In this document: piece after piece, positions 40,278-51,256 of the stretch
Position numbering within the stretch: the first letter of the stretch is position 1
Layout of the letters: the number at the start of each line of letters is the position of its first letter
The notes under the pieces: generated by a model
Seen by the model: the letters and a program-made list of their open reading frames with translations, nothing else
Told to the model about the DNA's origin: nothing
Database searches by the model: none
Made by a program: the position numbers and the translations under genes
Assembly (NCBI GenBank): GCA_963793425.1
Contig: CAWCAG010000009.1
Coordinates: 64,001 to 128,000, forward strand
DNA from: an uncultured cyanobacterium
Lineage (GTDB): Bacteria; Cyanobacteriota; Cyanobacteriia; Cyanobacteriales; CAWCAG01
Length of the DNA: 64,000 nucleotides
Reading direction: 5' to 3'

Positions 40278-40898
40278 AAGATATTTCTCAGCTAGATTGT
40301 AGGTTTATTATTTTTAACTGATACAACGCAGCCGTAAATAATTTAGTTGAATTAATAACAGTTATTTGCTGCAAGATTGATGTTACTCCTATTAGGAAAT
40401 AAAATCATCTCTCCCAAGTGATAAAGCCTTGTTGCCAGGTCTATTGCGTAGGTTACAAAATTGTTTTTAGATGAGCTATTGGTATTCAATTTATAGTAGT
40501 GAGATTACTCTGGAAAGGGTTTGATGGTTGATTGGGCAACTCGTAAGAATATGCAGCTTTTTAGGTACATCAGCTTGGAACCAAGTATTTTTAACGAGCT
40601 AATCCCCTATTTATATTCTGCTTGGTTAGTAAATAAGTATGTATTCTTATTTCTTCGGTTAGAAGTTAAATTCATTTTTCTATAACTTAAGGAATACACC
40701 TTAAGTAAGTCTAGCTTACAAATGGAGTATTATTTAGAGATTTTTTAGTGATATATTAAGACCCTAATATTTGCTCATCAAGACTGATTTTGTTTTGTTA
40801 ACTTTTTAGTTGGCTATTTAACAAATACAATTATGATTTGAATTAGGCTAAATATATATTGTTAATAGCTACTAGTATTAAATTATTCTGTAAGTTTA

Positions 40899-41303
40899 GT
40901 GTCATTTATGCCTGAGCAAGAACTGCCTACTCGCGGACAGTTAGAGAGAAGTTTATCCCAGAACATCCAAGGTCTTTATCGTCAACAACTAGGGCATCAA
41001 CCTAGCAGAGTTACCTGCAATCTTATTGGAGAACAACTGACAGTTATTATAGAGGATGCAATTACTCAGCCAGAACTGTTCCTCATGGAAAAGGGAAAAG
41101 AAGAATTAACAGAGGAAGTGCGCTTAAATTTAGAAGACTTTCTTAAAGGTAGTCTCAAGACACTAGTTAAAGATATTATTGGCGTAGAGGTTATAGATTT
41201 GCTCAGTGACACAACTTTGGAAACAGGAAGAAGTGCAGTAATTGCAGTTTTAGCCAGTAAACCAAAGTTACGCAGAAAGTCTTCCGATAGTGAGATAAGC
41301 TGA
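40899..41303 (+). CDS. DUF2294 (MpsC-like) protein
   Basis: TRGQLER.LSQ.I..LY..QLGH.P..V.C, IT.PE, GV.V.DLLSDT. Confidence 0.85.
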   Translation: MSFMPEQELPTRGQLERSLSQNIQGLYRQQLGHQPSRVTCNLIGEQLTVIIEDAITQPELFLMEKGKEELTEEVRLNLEDFLKGSLKTLVKDIIGVEVIDLLSDTTLETGRSAVIAVLASKPKLRRKSSDSEIS

Positions 41304-41401
41304 CTCTGCATTTAAACTAAACCGCTAAACCACTTATTACTAAACTAGGAAACAAGCCCCCAAACCCTCTGCTGTATCAATCTCACTATTGTAAATCTTA
41401 T

Positions 41402-41974
41402 TTATCTTTTAATAGATGATTCTTCACTATCAACGTCGTAGATGCCCCACTCTTCAATGCCCCTATTGTTGAGGAGAATCATTTCTGCACGTCTAACTTC
41501 ATCATTACTACCTTCGATGATGATCAAATAATCACCACTAGCTAGGCGATCGCTATATACTTTCGCGCGATTGCCTGGAATGCCTAAACCGGCCAAAGCA
41601 CCAACTATCCCCCCAGAAATAGCCCCAATGCCGCCGCCAGCTAAGGTAGAAGCAAGTGTAGAGCCGATAGTTCCTGCTGCGGCAATTGCCCCCAAACCAG
41701 GAACAGCAACAGTGGCTACCCCTGCCAACAAGCCTCCTAACATTCCCAAAGCTGTACCTGTGACAGAACCAATAGCTGCTCCTTCACCAGCTTCGTTGCC
41801 AGGGGCTTTGTTTAAATCTTTCCCTTCAATGGAATCTTCTTTATCAGCATTCTTAGCGATTACAGAAACTTTATCCATAGGAAAGCCAGAACTTTTTAGT
41901 TCGTTTATGGCATACTCAATATCTTGTCTTCTTGAAAATACGCCGACGGCACGTTGATAATATCCTAAAGCCAT
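41402..41974 (-). CDS. General stress protein (YflT/DUF1269-like, Gly-rich TM hairpin)
   Basis: RAVGVF, GFPMDKVSVIA, GA-rich segment, GLGIP..RA..Y. Confidence 0.8.
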   Translation of the reverse strand: MALGYYQRAVGVFSRRQDIEYAINELKSSGFPMDKVSVIAKNADKEDSIEGKDLNKAPGNEAGEGAAIGSVTGTALGMLGGLLAGVATVAVPGLGAIAAAGTIGSTLASTLAGGGIGAISGGIVGALAGLGIPGNRAKVYSDRLASGDYLIIIEGSNDEVRRAEMILLNNRGIEEWGIYDVDSEESSIKR

Positions 41975-42192
41975 AATTTAGTTTTAAATACTTGTTTGCA
42001 TCAATTCAATTGTATAAAAACTTCATTTAGATTCTCCTCATTCAGTAGAAGTAAGTTCTACTACTACTTTTTTAGGAAAAATGTCTACAAACCAAATTAA
42101 TAGCTATACACTTTGATAGATTTTTCTTGTTGCAAATAGGAATATCAAGCTGAAAAATATTATCAAAACTGAAACTGAAAAAGTTTATTTAA

Positions 42193-43245
42193 CTAAGGAA
42201 ATTCCAATATTTCTACTGGTATAACTTGAACCTGTAAATGAATAGGTTGACCCAACTCAGACTCTAAAAAAGCTTTGACTTGCTTTACTTGCTCTTCAGA
42301 AATAGAATTTAAAGGAGCAGCAACTTCTACTTCCACAAAAAGACCTTTTTTTCTAGGAAAAACTTTTAAATAACGAATATTGGTATCAGTAAAAACTCCT
42401 TTCTCTGTAGTAATTAACCTTTCAATATCTCGACGAAAATTCTTTTTAGCGAGAAGATTTTTTAATGATAAACCTAGAGGCAGCATCAATAATGAAAGCA
42501 TTACTAAAGAAACAAATAAACCTCGTCTGGCCCTTTTCAAGCTGCCGTAACGCTGACATAAAAAAACTAATCCGCCCGTAAAAATGATCCCTGTTAGATT
42601 AGTGACAAACAATACTGAAGCTCCCGTACTCAGATCATTTCTGCCTAAAGCTAAACCAATGCCAATTACGCTTAAAGGAGGAACCAACGCCACAGAAATG
42701 GCTACTCCTGGGAGAGCTTCAGCAATACGACGACGAGAGTTAGCAAATGCACCCGCAGCACCCGCAGCCATGGCTATTCCTAAGTCAATTAAGGTAGGAC
42801 TTGACCTTGCTAGAACTTCGGTTCCTACAGACTTTAGCCCTAGAATATACGTAGCTACGAAAGCAGTAATAATAGTTAAAACACAGCCTGTTAAGGTAGT
42901 GAGTAAAGAACGCTTCAACAAACGGCGATTAGCAACTACCATTGCATAAGCACTACCAATTATTGGTCCCATCAAAGGAGCAATAATCATCGCCCCAATG
43001 ATTACTGCTGCACTGTTAGCAAGTAAGCCTAAAGTGGCAATAACTCCAGAAAGCCAAAGCATAAAATAAAAGCCAAAAGAAGGAACTGAACTTTGCCAGA
43101 GGAGCTTATTTAAACTAGCAATTGGTACAGGTCTTTCTACTAACCACTTCCATTCACCACTATGAGCATTCCAATATTTGCCAATGATTTGTTGGGGGTA
43201 AAAAAGTCTTTTTGCTAAAAAAGACTTCATTTTAATCAAGCTCAT
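42193..43245 (-). CDS. DUF389/TIGR00341 family membrane protein
   Basis: IATLGLL.NS.AVIIGAM.IAPLM.PI, PTL.DL.IA.AAG, LPGVAISVALVPPL. Confidence 0.9.
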   Translation of the reverse strand: MSLIKMKSFLAKRLFYPQQIIGKYWNAHSGEWKWLVERPVPIASLNKLLWQSSVPSFGFYFMLWLSGVIATLGLLANSAAVIIGAMIIAPLMGPIIGSAYAMVVANRRLLKRSLLTTLTGCVLTIITAFVATYILGLKSVGTEVLARSSPTLIDLGIAMAAGAAGAFANSRRRIAEALPGVAISVALVPPLSVIGIGLALGRNDLSTGASVLFVTNLTGIIFTGGLVFLCQRYGSLKRARRGLFVSLVMLSLLMLPLGLSLKNLLAKKNFRRDIERLITTEKGVFTDTNIRYLKVFPRKKGLFVEVEVAAPLNSISEEQVKQVKAFLESELGQPIHLQVQVIPVEILEFP

Positions 43246-43394
43246 AGTAAAGAAACTTTTGGTAGGTGTAGTGCGCGATCGCTAATCTTACCCTCTAAAA
43301 CAGTTTAATGGCAAAAAATAACTCCAAAGAAATACCCCAATGATTTTTACCTTAGAGAGATAACTGTGTATTATTATTTACTTCTGAGCTAAGA

Positions 43395-43459
43395 AAGGAT
43401 AAGTTTTGCTCAAGTCTTCAAAGTTTATTACCTGGGCTTGAACATAAAACTTATCCCTT
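43395..43459. terminator. Long inverted repeat downstream of the GlsB/YeaQ gene
   Basis: AAGGATAAGTTTT.GCTCAAG ... CTTGAAC..AAAACTTATCCCTT. Confidence 0.55.
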
Positions 43460-43474
43460 TTATTTAAGTTGATT

Positions 43475-43753
43475 CTATGCTCTACGAGTGACTAGACCCC
43501 AGATGAAAATCAATAGCATTGCTCCTAGAACTGCAAAAATAATACTAGGAAGACTAAAAGTACCCGCTGCAGCTGCCGCTGCACCGCTACTACCAAATAA
43601 CATTTTACCTAAATAGCCTCCTACAAGGGCCCCTAAAATCCCTAAGCCCAAAGTTGCGAAGATGCCGCCTCCTTGATTTCCTGGATAAATAAGCTTCGCT
43701 AGCGCTCCAGCAATTAAACCTAAAAGTAACCAAGCAATAATACCTGTCATCAA
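43475..43753 (-). CDS. GlsB/YeaQ/YmgE family stress membrane protein
   Basis: WLLLGLIAGALAK.I.PG...GG....LGILGALVGG, AVLGA. Confidence 0.92.
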   Translation of the reverse strand: MMTGIIAWLLLGLIAGALAKLIYPGNQGGGIFATLGLGILGALVGGYLGKMLFGSSGAAAAAAGTFSLPSIIFAVLGAMLLIFIWGLVTRRA

Positions 43754-43997
43754 TTTTCCTCCTGAAAACTAAACTCTATGCTTTACATTCTATGAGGATT
43801 ATTTTTACTTTGAGTAATACAAAATATTAATAAAAGCAAATTATAGTTAGGGAGAAAGTAGAGTATCTTCCTAAAGTTATAGTGAACGACTTGAGGAAAG
43901 TTGTTTTTTGTATGTACGAGGTATGATTGTTGATAAAGCCGGATTTTGGTATTATAATTGCAGACTTTAGTAATGTTAAAAAATAAGGCACTAATTC

Positions 43998-44183
43998 ATG
44001 CATTTACTAATAACAGAAGCAGCTTCCCAAGCAGGAAGTTTCCCTTTAGCTGCAACTATATTATTAGTTGTCGGCTTTATAGCTGCTGTCTCTATCGGCT
44101 CTATCGCTTGGTATAATTCTAAGCGTCCTGTAGGTTGGGAAGATAAAGAACGTCCTGATGTAGTTCCCAAGGTTGAGAAATAA
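43998..44183 (+). CDS. psb35: Photosystem II assembly protein Psb35-like
   Basis: VGFIAAVSIGSIAWYNSKRPVGWEDKERPDVVPKV. Confidence 0.75.
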   Translation: MHLLITEAASQAGSFPLAATILLVVGFIAAVSIGSIAWYNSKRPVGWEDKERPDVVPKVEK

Positions 44184-44301
44184 ATTTCAATCTTGAGCTT
44201 TTATTGATTGCTAAGTTTGTGGCTTAACAGAATCTAAAGTTACAGAGACTTTCAATCTAACTAAATCAAAAAATATTAAACACAATTTTCAGTAAAAGAT
44301 A

Positions 44302-44643
44302 ATGAGCGAACAAAAAGCTTCTGGGGCTAACTACGACCGCAACTTAGTGAACGCGGAAACCGCAGCCCGCCAGGAAAGAGAAGGTAAAGATTTCAAGGAA
44401 ACCCCTGAGAAAGAAGGAGATATAGATACAACAAGTGGCTACACAGTAGATAAAGAAGGATTAGCCAATAATTATGCTGTTGAACCTGAAATATATGCAG
44501 AAACACCAGGGGATATGCAAGAAAAGAACGAAGAAGTAGCTGGAGAGCGCAGCCAAGAACTTAAAGAAGTTAATAAAACCGATGAAGATGGTAAACTCTC
44601 TAAGGATAAAGATGAACGTGGTAAAGGAACTGGCGTTATTTAA
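44302..44643 (+). CDS. Acidic hydrophilic conserved hypothetical protein
   Basis: YDR..V.AETAAR.EREG, GYTVDKEGL.NNYAVEPE, GKG.GVI. Confidence 0.75.
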   Translation: MSEQKASGANYDRNLVNAETAARQEREGKDFKETPEKEGDIDTTSGYTVDKEGLANNYAVEPEIYAETPGDMQEKNEEVAGERSQELKEVNKTDEDGKLSKDKDERGKGTGVI

Positions 44644-44704
44644 TTAGACTTCTACTTCTTGAGTTAAGCAATTGAGTTAGTTCTCAAACAAACTAACTTT
44701 GATT

Positions 44705-44741
44705 AAAAAGGAGCTGTAAAAAATCAATACAGCTCCTTTTT
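44705..44741. terminator. Bidirectional intrinsic terminator
   Basis: AAAAAGGAGCTGTA-loop-TACAGCTCCTTTTT between convergent genes. Confidence 0.88.
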
Positions 44742-44782
44742 CTGGTTTTTATTATTTGTCAGGGGAGAAGGTTTTTTTGCTC

Positions 44783-47080
44783 CTACGCACCCGACTCTTG
44801 TAATTTTTTGGTCTTTTCCTGGTCTAATTTAAGAATCAAAACACCCAAGGGAGGCAAACACAAATCTAAGGAATAAGAGTGATTATGGAATGACCACTCA
44901 TCAGTCCATTTTCCTCCTAAGTTCCCCATATTACTACCCCCATACTGACGAGCATCGCTATTAAATATTTCACTGTAGAAACCAGCTTCTGGAACCCCAA
45001 CTCGATAATGGCTATGGGGTTGGGGGGTAAAGTTGCAAACCGCTAGCAAAAAATCATCTGATTTCTCGCAACGACGCAAAAAAGAAACTACGCTATGGCT
45101 ATTGTCGCTACAATCAATCCATTCAAACCCTGCTTGTTCAAAGTCTTGGGTGTATAAGGCTGATTCTTTTTGGTAGAGGGCATTGATGTCACTGATGAAT
45201 TGCTTAAACTGCTTGTGAGGAGTATGTTCGAGTAAATGCCATTCTAAATCTGCCCAAACATTCCACTCACTCCATTGCCCAAACTCCATGCTCATAAACA
45301 AAGTTTTCTTGCCGGGATGAGCAAACATATAAGTAAACAAGCAACGGACATTAGCGAACTTTTGCCAAATATCACCAGGCATCTTGCCGATCATATTGCT
45401 TTTACCATGGACAATTTCATCATGGGAAAGAGCTAGCATATAATTCTCGCTATGGTTATACCACATACTAAAGGTGATATTATTTTGGTGAAATTGGCGG
45501 AACCAGGGGTCCATAGCGAAATAATCAAGCATATCGTGCATCCAACCCATATCCCACTTGAGGTTGAAGCCTAAACCTCCCATATAGGTAGGCCGAGAAA
45601 CCATAGGCCAGTCTGTGGATTCTTCAGCGATAGAAAGAATGCCGGGATAATAGCCAAAGATGACGTTATTTACCTGGCGCAAGAAATCAGCCGCTTCGAT
45701 GTTTTCTCGCCCACCATATTGGTTCACCACCCACTCTCCGGGTTCACGGCAATAGTCGAGGTATAGCATTGAAGCTACCGCATCAACTCTAATACCATCA
45801 ATGTGGTACTTATCAAACCAAAACAGAGCATTAGTAACGAGAAAGTTTCGTACCTCATTGCGGGAATAGTTAAAGACTAATGTTCCCCATTCTTTATGTT
45901 CTCCCTTGCGAGGATCAGCGTGTTCATAAAGATGAGTTCCGTCAAAGAAAGCTAAACCATGACCATCTTTAGGAAAATGTCCTGGAACCCAATCTACAAT
46001 AATGCCAATGTTATTTTGGTGGCACTTATCCACAAAATACATGAAGTCTTCTGGAGTGCCGTAGCGGGATGTGGGTGCAAAATAGCCCGTAACTTGATAG
46101 CCCCAAGAGCCATCGAAAGGATGTTCTGCTATGGGTAGTAATTCAATATGGGTGAAGCCTAATTCTTTGACATAGGGAATGAGTTTATCTGCTAGTTCGT
46201 AGTAGGTGAGGAAACGCGCTTCTGGTTTTAGTTCCGAAACCTGTACCTTTTCTCCTTCTCCTTGAAGAGTTTGAACAGGCTCTGCGGAGGAAGTATGCAA
46301 CCATGAACCCAAATGAACTTCATACACAGAGATGGGCTTTTTCAAAGCGCTAGTGTTGCGACGCTGTTCCATCCACTCTGCATCATTCCATTCATAGACT
46401 TCAAGGTCTGTAACGATTGATGCTGTTTTGGGGCGCACCTCTTGTTGGAAGCCGTAAGGATCTGATTTTTCGTAAATATGCCCTTCGTAGTTTTTGATCT
46501 CGTATTTGTAATGTTCTCCGGTGGCTATTTCTGGAATAAATAATTCCCAAATACTTTTGTTGCATTGGCGCATTTGGTGTTGTCGCCCATCCCATTGGTT
46601 GAAATCCCCTAAGATGGAAACGTTACGGGCATTTGGGGCCCAAACGGCAAAATATACACCTTTAATACCATCAACTTCTGTGGAGTGAGCGCCCAATTTC
46701 TCATAGATGCGATGATGGTTCCCTTCGGCGAAGAGGTGGAGGTCAAAGTCTGTTAATTTAGGAGAACGGAAAGCATAGGGATCATAAGTTACTCGTTCCC
46801 GTTCCCCTTCTTTAATCCGCAATTGATAATTATTAAGTTCAGTATCGTCTATCTCGCACTCAAAAAAGTTAGGGTGATAAACCGCTTTCATTTCATATTC
46901 TGTACGTTTATCAGGGCGAATCACCCAAACCGCTTCTGCTTTTGGCAAGTAAGCTCTCACAACCCAACTTTTAATTGTACCGTTTTCCTCTATAGGGTGG
47001 GAACCTAATACTTCAAAGGGGTTATGGTGTTGGTTCCAAACAATTTTGTCAACCTGTTCGGGAGCGATCGTTGTAGACAT
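44783..47080 (-). CDS. glgB: 1,4-alpha-glucan branching enzyme
   Basis: FAVWAPNA, IYEVHLGSW, SWGYQ, GIRVDAVASM, IAEEST, LSHDEIVHGK. Confidence 0.97.
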   Translation of the reverse strand: MSTTIAPEQVDKIVWNQHHNPFEVLGSHPIEENGTIKSWVVRAYLPKAEAVWVIRPDKRTEYEMKAVYHPNFFECEIDDTELNNYQLRIKEGERERVTYDPYAFRSPKLTDFDLHLFAEGNHHRIYEKLGAHSTEVDGIKGVYFAVWAPNARNVSILGDFNQWDGRQHQMRQCNKSIWELFIPEIATGEHYKYEIKNYEGHIYEKSDPYGFQQEVRPKTASIVTDLEVYEWNDAEWMEQRRNTSALKKPISVYEVHLGSWLHTSSAEPVQTLQGEGEKVQVSELKPEARFLTYYELADKLIPYVKELGFTHIELLPIAEHPFDGSWGYQVTGYFAPTSRYGTPEDFMYFVDKCHQNNIGIIVDWVPGHFPKDGHGLAFFDGTHLYEHADPRKGEHKEWGTLVFNYSRNEVRNFLVTNALFWFDKYHIDGIRVDAVASMLYLDYCREPGEWVVNQYGGRENIEAADFLRQVNNVIFGYYPGILSIAEESTDWPMVSRPTYMGGLGFNLKWDMGWMHDMLDYFAMDPWFRQFHQNNITFSMWYNHSENYMLALSHDEIVHGKSNMIGKMPGDIWQKFANVRCLFTYMFAHPGKKTLFMSMEFGQWSEWNVWADLEWHLLEHTPHKQFKQFISDINALYQKESALYTQDFEQAGFEWIDCSDNSHSVVSFLRRCEKSDDFLLAVCNFTPQPHSHYRVGVPEAGFYSEIFNSDARQYGGSNMGNLGGKWTDEWSFHNHSYSLDLCLPPLGVLILKLDQEKTKKLQESGA

Positions 47081-47246
47081 TAAACTATCTTATTTATAAG
47101 GTTCGAGTGACCAATAAAACTATTAATAGGTTAACAATATTTAAGAATTGCTACAGATTTTTAGTTCATGGATTTTGGCCTAACATCTTACCCCAGATAG
47201 TTCGCACTTGCTCTACTCTGAAGCTTCATTTTCTCAACTTGTAAGC

Positions 47247-47546
47247 TTATAAAGGCGTTATGGTACGGAGTAACTTCCGTATTTGTAGCAAGAAAATAAG
47301 TTGTCTTGTTTTAGCATTCAGTTCTGGTGCGTAGGGAGACTGAGCTAACTGTGCTTCTAATTCGGCATACTCAGCCGCTGTGAGAATTTTGCCATCAATA
47401 GGCGATCGCGCTTCAGTGATGATTTCTGTCCGCAGCACCTCTTCTGGGATATCTTCAGGGGGAGGTAAAGCTAGGGTTGTTTGTATGCCTACGGGTAATA
47501 TTCCTAGATTTAGGGTAACTATCCTAGCCCAATACTTAGTTTTCAT
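47247..47546 (-). CDS. Conserved cyanobacterial secreted hypothetical protein
   Basis: Signal-like N-terminus, ALPPPEDIPEEVLRTEIITEARSPIDGK.LTAAEYA. Confidence 0.7.
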   Translation of the reverse strand: MKTKYWARIVTLNLGILPVGIQTTLALPPPEDIPEEVLRTEIITEARSPIDGKILTAAEYAELEAQLAQSPYAPELNAKTRQLIFLLQIRKLLRTITPL

Positions 47547-47605
47547 TCTAGATATACTAGGCAAGTTGATAAAAAATAAGACCTTGGATGTGTTAAAAAC
47601 AATTT

Positions 47606-47628
47606 GTGACGGGTGAAAACCGCGTCAC
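47606..47628 (-). terminator. Hairpin after the small lipoprotein gene
   Basis: GTGACG-GGT-GAAA-ACC-G-CGTCAC. Confidence 0.5.
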
Positions 47629-47663
47629 CGATGTTTCTACTTAGATTTTAGTTTAAGTCCAAC

Positions 47664-47795
47664 TTATTCAGCCGGTGATGGTGCTTCTTCTTCTGTAGGA
47701 GATTCCACAGGTTCTTCACCAGCATCGTTACAAGCAGCAAGAGGTAGAATTGCAGATAGGATTAAAGCTAAACCGACGAGCTTTTTAAAGTTCAT
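47664..47795 (-). CDS. 43-aa small lipoprotein (below the ORF-track cutoff)
   Basis: MNFKKLVGLALILSAILPLAAC-NDAGEEPVESPTEEEAPSPAE*; AAGGA RBS; LAAC lipobox. Confidence 0.8.
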   Translation of the reverse strand: MNFKKLVGLALILSAILPLAACNDAGEEPVESPTEEEAPSPAE

Positions 47796-47987
47796 GTTTT
47801 TTCCTTACTATGGAGCTAATATTATAACTAAGCAACTCTAGCATGAAAGTTTTCTTCTTTCCTCTTTCTTGGGAAAGAAGCAAAGTAAGCCGTTTTTATA
47901 CTAGCAACTTTTTTGTTAAGCAATAGTTTGTTAGATGAATTTACCAAGAAAGATTTAACCTGGCCTTTACTAATTCTCTTCTTTTCC

Positions 47988-48878
47988 CTATTTACGAAAT
48001 TTACGAAGGGCATTTTTGACTTTTTTCTGAAGAGAAGGAACTAATTCTTGAGGGTGGCGAGAAAAATAGGTTACCTTAAGTTTGATGAAATCAGCAATAC
48101 TGTCTAGGAGAATATAACTTTCTCTTCGTAAATAAATCCAGATACTTTGATGATAAGGCAGCTTTTTCAAGTAACTATTTTCTAGTTTTTTTCGCCTTTT
48201 TAAGCTTTCACCACCGCGATAGTCGTTTAATGATTTTGTGCCTTCCAGTACTCGATAGTTACCCCAAGTTTCATCAACATATTTTATGTTAGCTACCTGA
48301 ACAGCTTTAAACAAGAAGTCTAAATCCATTATATAATCTTCTTCAAGATCATAATCACCTATTTCTTCATGCAGACATTTGTGATAAAAATAGGCAGCAG
48401 GATTGACAGGATGAGGATTAATCTTAAATCCTTTTAATAAGTCAGTTAAACACAATTTGTCTGGCTTGTTTATATATTTGAGCTTTCCTTTTTCATCCCA
48501 AACGTGGCAATTCCCTACTAGTAAACTTGGTTTTGGTAAATCTGTAAATAATTCCAAAACTCGATTAAGAACGTTTGCTTCGTAGTAATCATCTACATTC
48601 AAAATAGCAATAATATCACCTTTAGCTAGGGTGATACCTTTATTCATTGCATCAGACTGTCCTTGATCTGGAGCGGAAATCAAGCGAATGCGAGAATACT
48701 TTTCTGCATATTTTTTAACGATATCCACCGTACAATCTTGCGAGTTGCCATCCATAATAATATGCTCAATCTGAGAACAGTTTTGGGCAATCACAACTTG
48801 GAGACAGGCTTCAATATACTTTGCGCCATTATAGACAGGAGTGATAACACTAATTCGGTTTTGAGGTTCTAAGTTCAT
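47988..48878 (-). CDS. Glycosyltransferase family 2
   Basis: ISVITPVYN, DGNSQD, DQGQSDAMNKG, LNVDD. Confidence 0.92.
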   Translation of the reverse strand: MNLEPQNRISVITPVYNGAKYIEACLQVVIAQNCSQIEHIIMDGNSQDCTVDIVKKYAEKYSRIRLISAPDQGQSDAMNKGITLAKGDIIAILNVDDYYEANVLNRVLELFTDLPKPSLLVGNCHVWDEKGKLKYINKPDKLCLTDLLKGFKINPHPVNPAAYFYHKCLHEEIGDYDLEEDYIMDLDFLFKAVQVANIKYVDETWGNYRVLEGTKSLNDYRGGESLKRRKKLENSYLKKLPYHQSIWIYLRRESYILLDSIADFIKLKVTYFSRHPQELVPSLQKKVKNALRKFRK

Positions 48879-49087
48879 TGCACTTTCTAATTTTGAAATT
48901 TATTCTTGCCAATTTAAGAAATTCAGACTAGCGCGAAGAATATATGAATATGATTATCTGAAATTTTTGCGATCAAACGTTTTAAAATACGTATATTGCC
49001 ACACTTTATCTGCCTCTAATTTACAACAAGATTAAATAAGAATGTTACTATTGTCAGTGAAAAATAATTCAGATTTAATGCCTAACT

Positions 49088-50389
49088 ATGAAAGTTCTTT
49101 ATGATACATCATTACTTGGGGCTAGCACTGGGGCCTATGGTTTTAAATCAGGTTTATTCCGAGTAACAGAAACTCTAGCTTCTGAGTTGATGAATTTTCC
49201 CGAATGCGAACTTACTTTTGGTGCAGGTGTATCTTTAGAAATATGGAGTAACTCCCAGAGATATTTAGAGTCTCATTCTCTTTTTAAGGAAGTTCCTTTC
49301 GTTAGTAAAGATTCTATAATAAATGCCAGAAGAAAACTTTATAACTTAACTGAAAAATCTATTAATATTTCTCATAAGTTAGGCTGGCGTAGAACAAAAA
49401 AAATGCGCGAAAGCTTATTAAGTTTATTGGCATATAATTTCCAACCTCTTTCTATTCAAGATTTAAAAAACCAAGATATATATCACTCTCTATATCACGC
49501 TATTCCTCAAAGAGTCAAAACAGTAAGAAGCCTCACTAGTTTTTTGACGGTAAATGACATAATTCCCATTTTGTATCCTCATTTTTTTGGTCTAGATAAA
49601 AATTTTACTAAAGCCAAGAAAACTTATAACCTGAAAGCAAGTTTAGACAGCTTAGACAGAGATGATTGGCTAATTTGTATATCTCACTCGACAAAAAATG
49701 ACCTTTGTAACTACTTAGGCGACAAAATTGATCAGCAAAAAGTTTTTGTTACTCATTTAGCTGCTTCAGATTTATTTTATCCTTGTTTAAATGAGCAAAA
49801 ATTTGCGGCTATAAAACAAAGATATGGAATACCTAATGCACCTTATATCTTGAGTTTGAGTACCTTAGAACCTAGAAAAAATATTGAGCAAACTATTCGC
49901 TGTTTTGCGAAGCTAGTGCAACAGGAAAAAGTTCCAGACTTACATCTTGTTTTAGCCGGTAAAAAGGGCTGGAATTATGATAGTATTTTTAGCGAAATTT
50001 CTGATAACCCTCAAATAAAAGAGCGAGTTATTTGTACAAATTATGTAGCGGATGAAGATTTAGCAGCCCTTTATAGTAATGCTTTGGTATTCGTCTATCC
50101 TTCTTTTTATGAAGGCTTTGGTTTACCACCTTTAGAGGCTATGCAATGTGGCACTCCAGTAATTACTTCTAATACTTCTTCTTTACCAGAAGTTGTTGGT
50201 GAGGCAGGAATTATGGTTGATCCCCAAGATGAAGATGAACTTTGTCAGCAAATGTTGAAAGTTTATAATGATTCTTCATTGAGAAACTCTTTAGCCGTAA
50301 AAGCAAAGGAACGTGCTAAAAAGTTTAGTTGGTCAAAATGCGCCCAGGAAACTATTGAAGCTTATCAATATGCCTTGGCTAATCGCTAG
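49088..50389 (+). CDS. Glycosyltransferase family 4 (group 1)
   Basis: [33 protein letters not shown]. Confidence 0.93.
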   Translation: MKVLYDTSLLGASTGAYGFKSGLFRVTETLASELMNFPECELTFGAGVSLEIWSNSQRYLESHSLFKEVPFVSKDSIINARRKLYNLTEKSINISHKLGWRRTKKMRESLLSLLAYNFQPLSIQDLKNQDIYHSLYHAIPQRVKTVRSLTSFLTVNDIIPILYPHFFGLDKNFTKAKKTYNLKASLDSLDRDDWLICISHSTKNDLCNYLGDKIDQQKVFVTHLAASDLFYPCLNEQKFAAIKQRYGIPNAPYILSLSTLEPRKNIEQTIRCFAKLVQQEKVPDLHLVLAGKKGWNYDSIFSEISDNPQIKERVICTNYVADEDLAALYSNALVFVYPSFYEGFGLPPLEAMQCGTPVITSNTSSLPEVVGEAGIMVDPQDEDELCQQMLKVYNDSSLRNSLAVKAKERAKKFSWSKCAQETIEAYQYALANR

Positions 50390-51204
50390 TTGTCAATATC
50401 AAGCCGTTCTATAATAGTTTTAACTTCTGTTGGAGAAAGGTCATAAACCCTGGCAATTTGCTCTATAGTTAAACCCAGAGATAAGAGTCTAGTTATAGCT
50501 TGTTGACGTTCTTTTTCCGCTCGATCTGCTCGTTGGCGCTCAGACTCTGCTCGTTGACGCTCAGACTCTGCTCGTTGGCGCTCAGACTCTTCAGGAAGAG
50601 GATAAGGATTACCTTGTTCGTCATACCAGTATAACCATTCCCTTGTCCACACTGTATAAGTCCCTCTACTTCTACCAATTCCTAAGCCTATTTCTGGTAG
50701 CCAATAGGGTTCATTATTTGCTTGTAAGATGTATTCTCCCTCTTCCAAACGATACAACTCCAGAGGCTGATGCTTGTCTCTTTGCCAATGATTGGGGTTA
50801 TAAATCAGGTAGTAAACTACTCCTAAGTTGCGATACTTTTCTTTCTTCTGTTCGTACTCATCGTTATATTTCTTAGAAACCACTTCGATAGCAAGCAGAG
50901 GGGGAACCTGATTTTCTTCCCATAACACATAACTCAGTCTTCCTCTTTCTCCTTTGCGTCTAGTTACACCAACACTGAGGAAACCATCAGGTACTAATAC
51001 TGGTTGACGTTGGTTTTCCCAGAGATAGTAGATGCCCATATCTACTCCAAAAAACCAATCTTGACGTTCTCGCCAAATAAAAGCTAGGATAGTTAAAAGT
51101 AAGTTAGGAACTAGATTTTGTAGTTCATTATCCACAGGGGTATCATCAGAGCAAGGTAACTCTTCACTGGTGGGTAAACGCGAAAGCGGTTCAAATTGTA
51201 CCAT
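50386..51204 (-). CDS. Uma2 family endonuclease with ESERQRA repeats
   Basis: LPTSEELPCSDDTPVDNELQ, VPDGFL, AIEVVS; three 21-bp repeats near 50527-50591. Confidence 0.92.
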   Translation of the reverse strand: MVQFEPLSRLPTSEELPCSDDTPVDNELQNLVPNLLLTILAFIWRERQDWFFGVDMGIYYLWENQRQPVLVPDGFLSVGVTRRKGERGRLSYVLWEENQVPPLLAIEVVSKKYNDEYEQKKEKYRNLGVVYYLIYNPNHWQRDKHQPLELYRLEEGEYILQANNEPYWLPEIGLGIGRSRGTYTVWTREWLYWYDEQGNPYPLPEESERQRAESERQRAESERQRADRAEKERQQAITRLLSLGLTIEQIARVYDLSPTEVKTIIERLDIDN

Positions 51205-51256
51205 CTGTGGTTACTCCTTTGAGTTAGGGAGGTGTTCTAATTTATTAATAGTAAGC

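Noticed and set aside
50527..50591. ESERQRA tandem repeats as a novelty
   Set aside because: Common variable tail of cyanobacterial Uma2 proteins
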